Shown: piece by piece, positions 26,520 to 26,847 of the stretch
Layout of the letters: each line of letters starts with the position of its first letter
Numbering within the stretch: position 1 is the stretch's first letter
NCBI GenBank assembly: GCA_031409335.1
Contig: JANNWY010000011.1
Location: 1-26,847 of the forward strand
Length of the DNA stretch: 26,847 nucleotides
From: Chthoniobacteraceae bacterium
Lineage (GTDB): Bacteria > Verrucomicrobiota > Verrucomicrobiia > Chthoniobacterales > Chthoniobacteraceae
Reading direction: 5' to 3'
The notes under the pieces: model-generated
Databases searched by the model: none
What the model was told of the DNA's origin: nothing
The model's input: the letters and a program-made list of their open reading frames with translations, nothing else
Translations under genes and position numbers: made by a program

Positions 26520-26847
26520 TAGGGCTGAATTAAGTTTTAGCGCAGAAGGCTGACGATAAGAGGTTAAAGCTTAAACGCTGAACAAGATTCCCCGAAGGTG
26601 CTGAAATCAATGGCATGGAAAAACCAGCGATTCGATTTCGGCGTCCGGCCCCGCAAGAGCAGGAAGTTTTGGAGCTGCTGGAGGTGCGGCTGATCGAGTC
26701 GCAGGAACAGGTTCATTTTGATGCACAGGTGGTGCGACATCATTATCTGCAGAGTTCGGCACTGGTGGGGGAACACTTGCGCTATGTGGCGACCTATCGG
26801 GGGGAGTGGCTTGGGTTGGCGGCTTGGAGCGCGGGTTCGCGACATTT
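26520..26847 (+). mobile_element. Probable left end of an ISAs1-type element (runs off the window end)
   Basis: AT-richer block starting TAGGGCTGAATTAAG, similar to the CAGGGC-type termini of ISAs1 elements, followed by a DUF4338-like ORF start. The second end is not visible. Confidence 0.5.
26615..26847 (+). CDS. DUF4338 (DruA-like) domain protein, partial; probably the N-terminus of an IS-associated transposase
   Basis: Own translation from ATG 26615: MEKPAIRFRRPAPQEQEVLELLEVRLIESQEQVHFDAQVVRHHYLQSSALVGEHLRYVATYRGEWLGLAAWSAGSRH, open to the edge. HHYL..GE.LRYVA..G.W.G..WSA is the DUF4338 signature. Absent from the ORF track. Confidence 0.75.
   Translation, partial: MEKPAIRFRRPAPQEQEVLELLEVRLIESQEQVHFDAQVVRHHYLQSSALVGEHLRYVATYRGEWLGLAAWSAGSRH

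Noticed and set aside
17799..26553. Many alternative-frame ORFs within the giant gene (e.g. 19256..20785, 18138..19652)
   Set aside because: They are Arg-rich shadow frames typical of high-GC coding DNA.
26564..26845. 93-aa minus-strand ORF from the track
   Set aside because: It is the antisense shadow of the DUF4338-like plus-strand frame.
26615..26847. Druantia anti-phage system
   Set aside because: Only a DUF4338-like fragment is visible, no partner genes are in the window, and the context favours an IS.

Overview
High-GC bacterial window. A Verrucomicrobiota origin (Chthoniobacter/Spartobacteria-like) is inferred from protein architectures and intergenic micro-repeats, not shown. Both edges lie in insertion sequences that the ORF track misses: an IS1182/IS5-type end at 1-134 that cuts the signal peptide of a GH16 gene, and a probable ISAs1-type element with a DUF4338-like N-terminus from ~26520. 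The left ~10 kb is a damaged cluster of large secreted modular enzymes: GH16-PKD-DNRLRE, an M60-like metallopeptidase with Ig repeats that is split by an IS1634-type element and carries frameshifts, and a beta-helix protein. The middle holds class III fructose-1,6-bisphosphatase, a DUF6600-type Pro-rich lipoprotein and cysE-iscS-sprT, with cysE bracketed by two inverted microsatellite hairpins. The right part is a ~2900-aa secreted M11/M6-like metzincin with Calx-beta, PKD and ConA-like domains. Best leads: (1) a ~130-aa C-terminal module shared by three unrelated secreted enzymes, a candidate sorting signal; (2) circularly permuted ConA-like domains inserted inside a Calx-beta domain; (3) the mirrored micro-repeat hairpins. 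All family calls come from motif recognition by eye; no searches were run.
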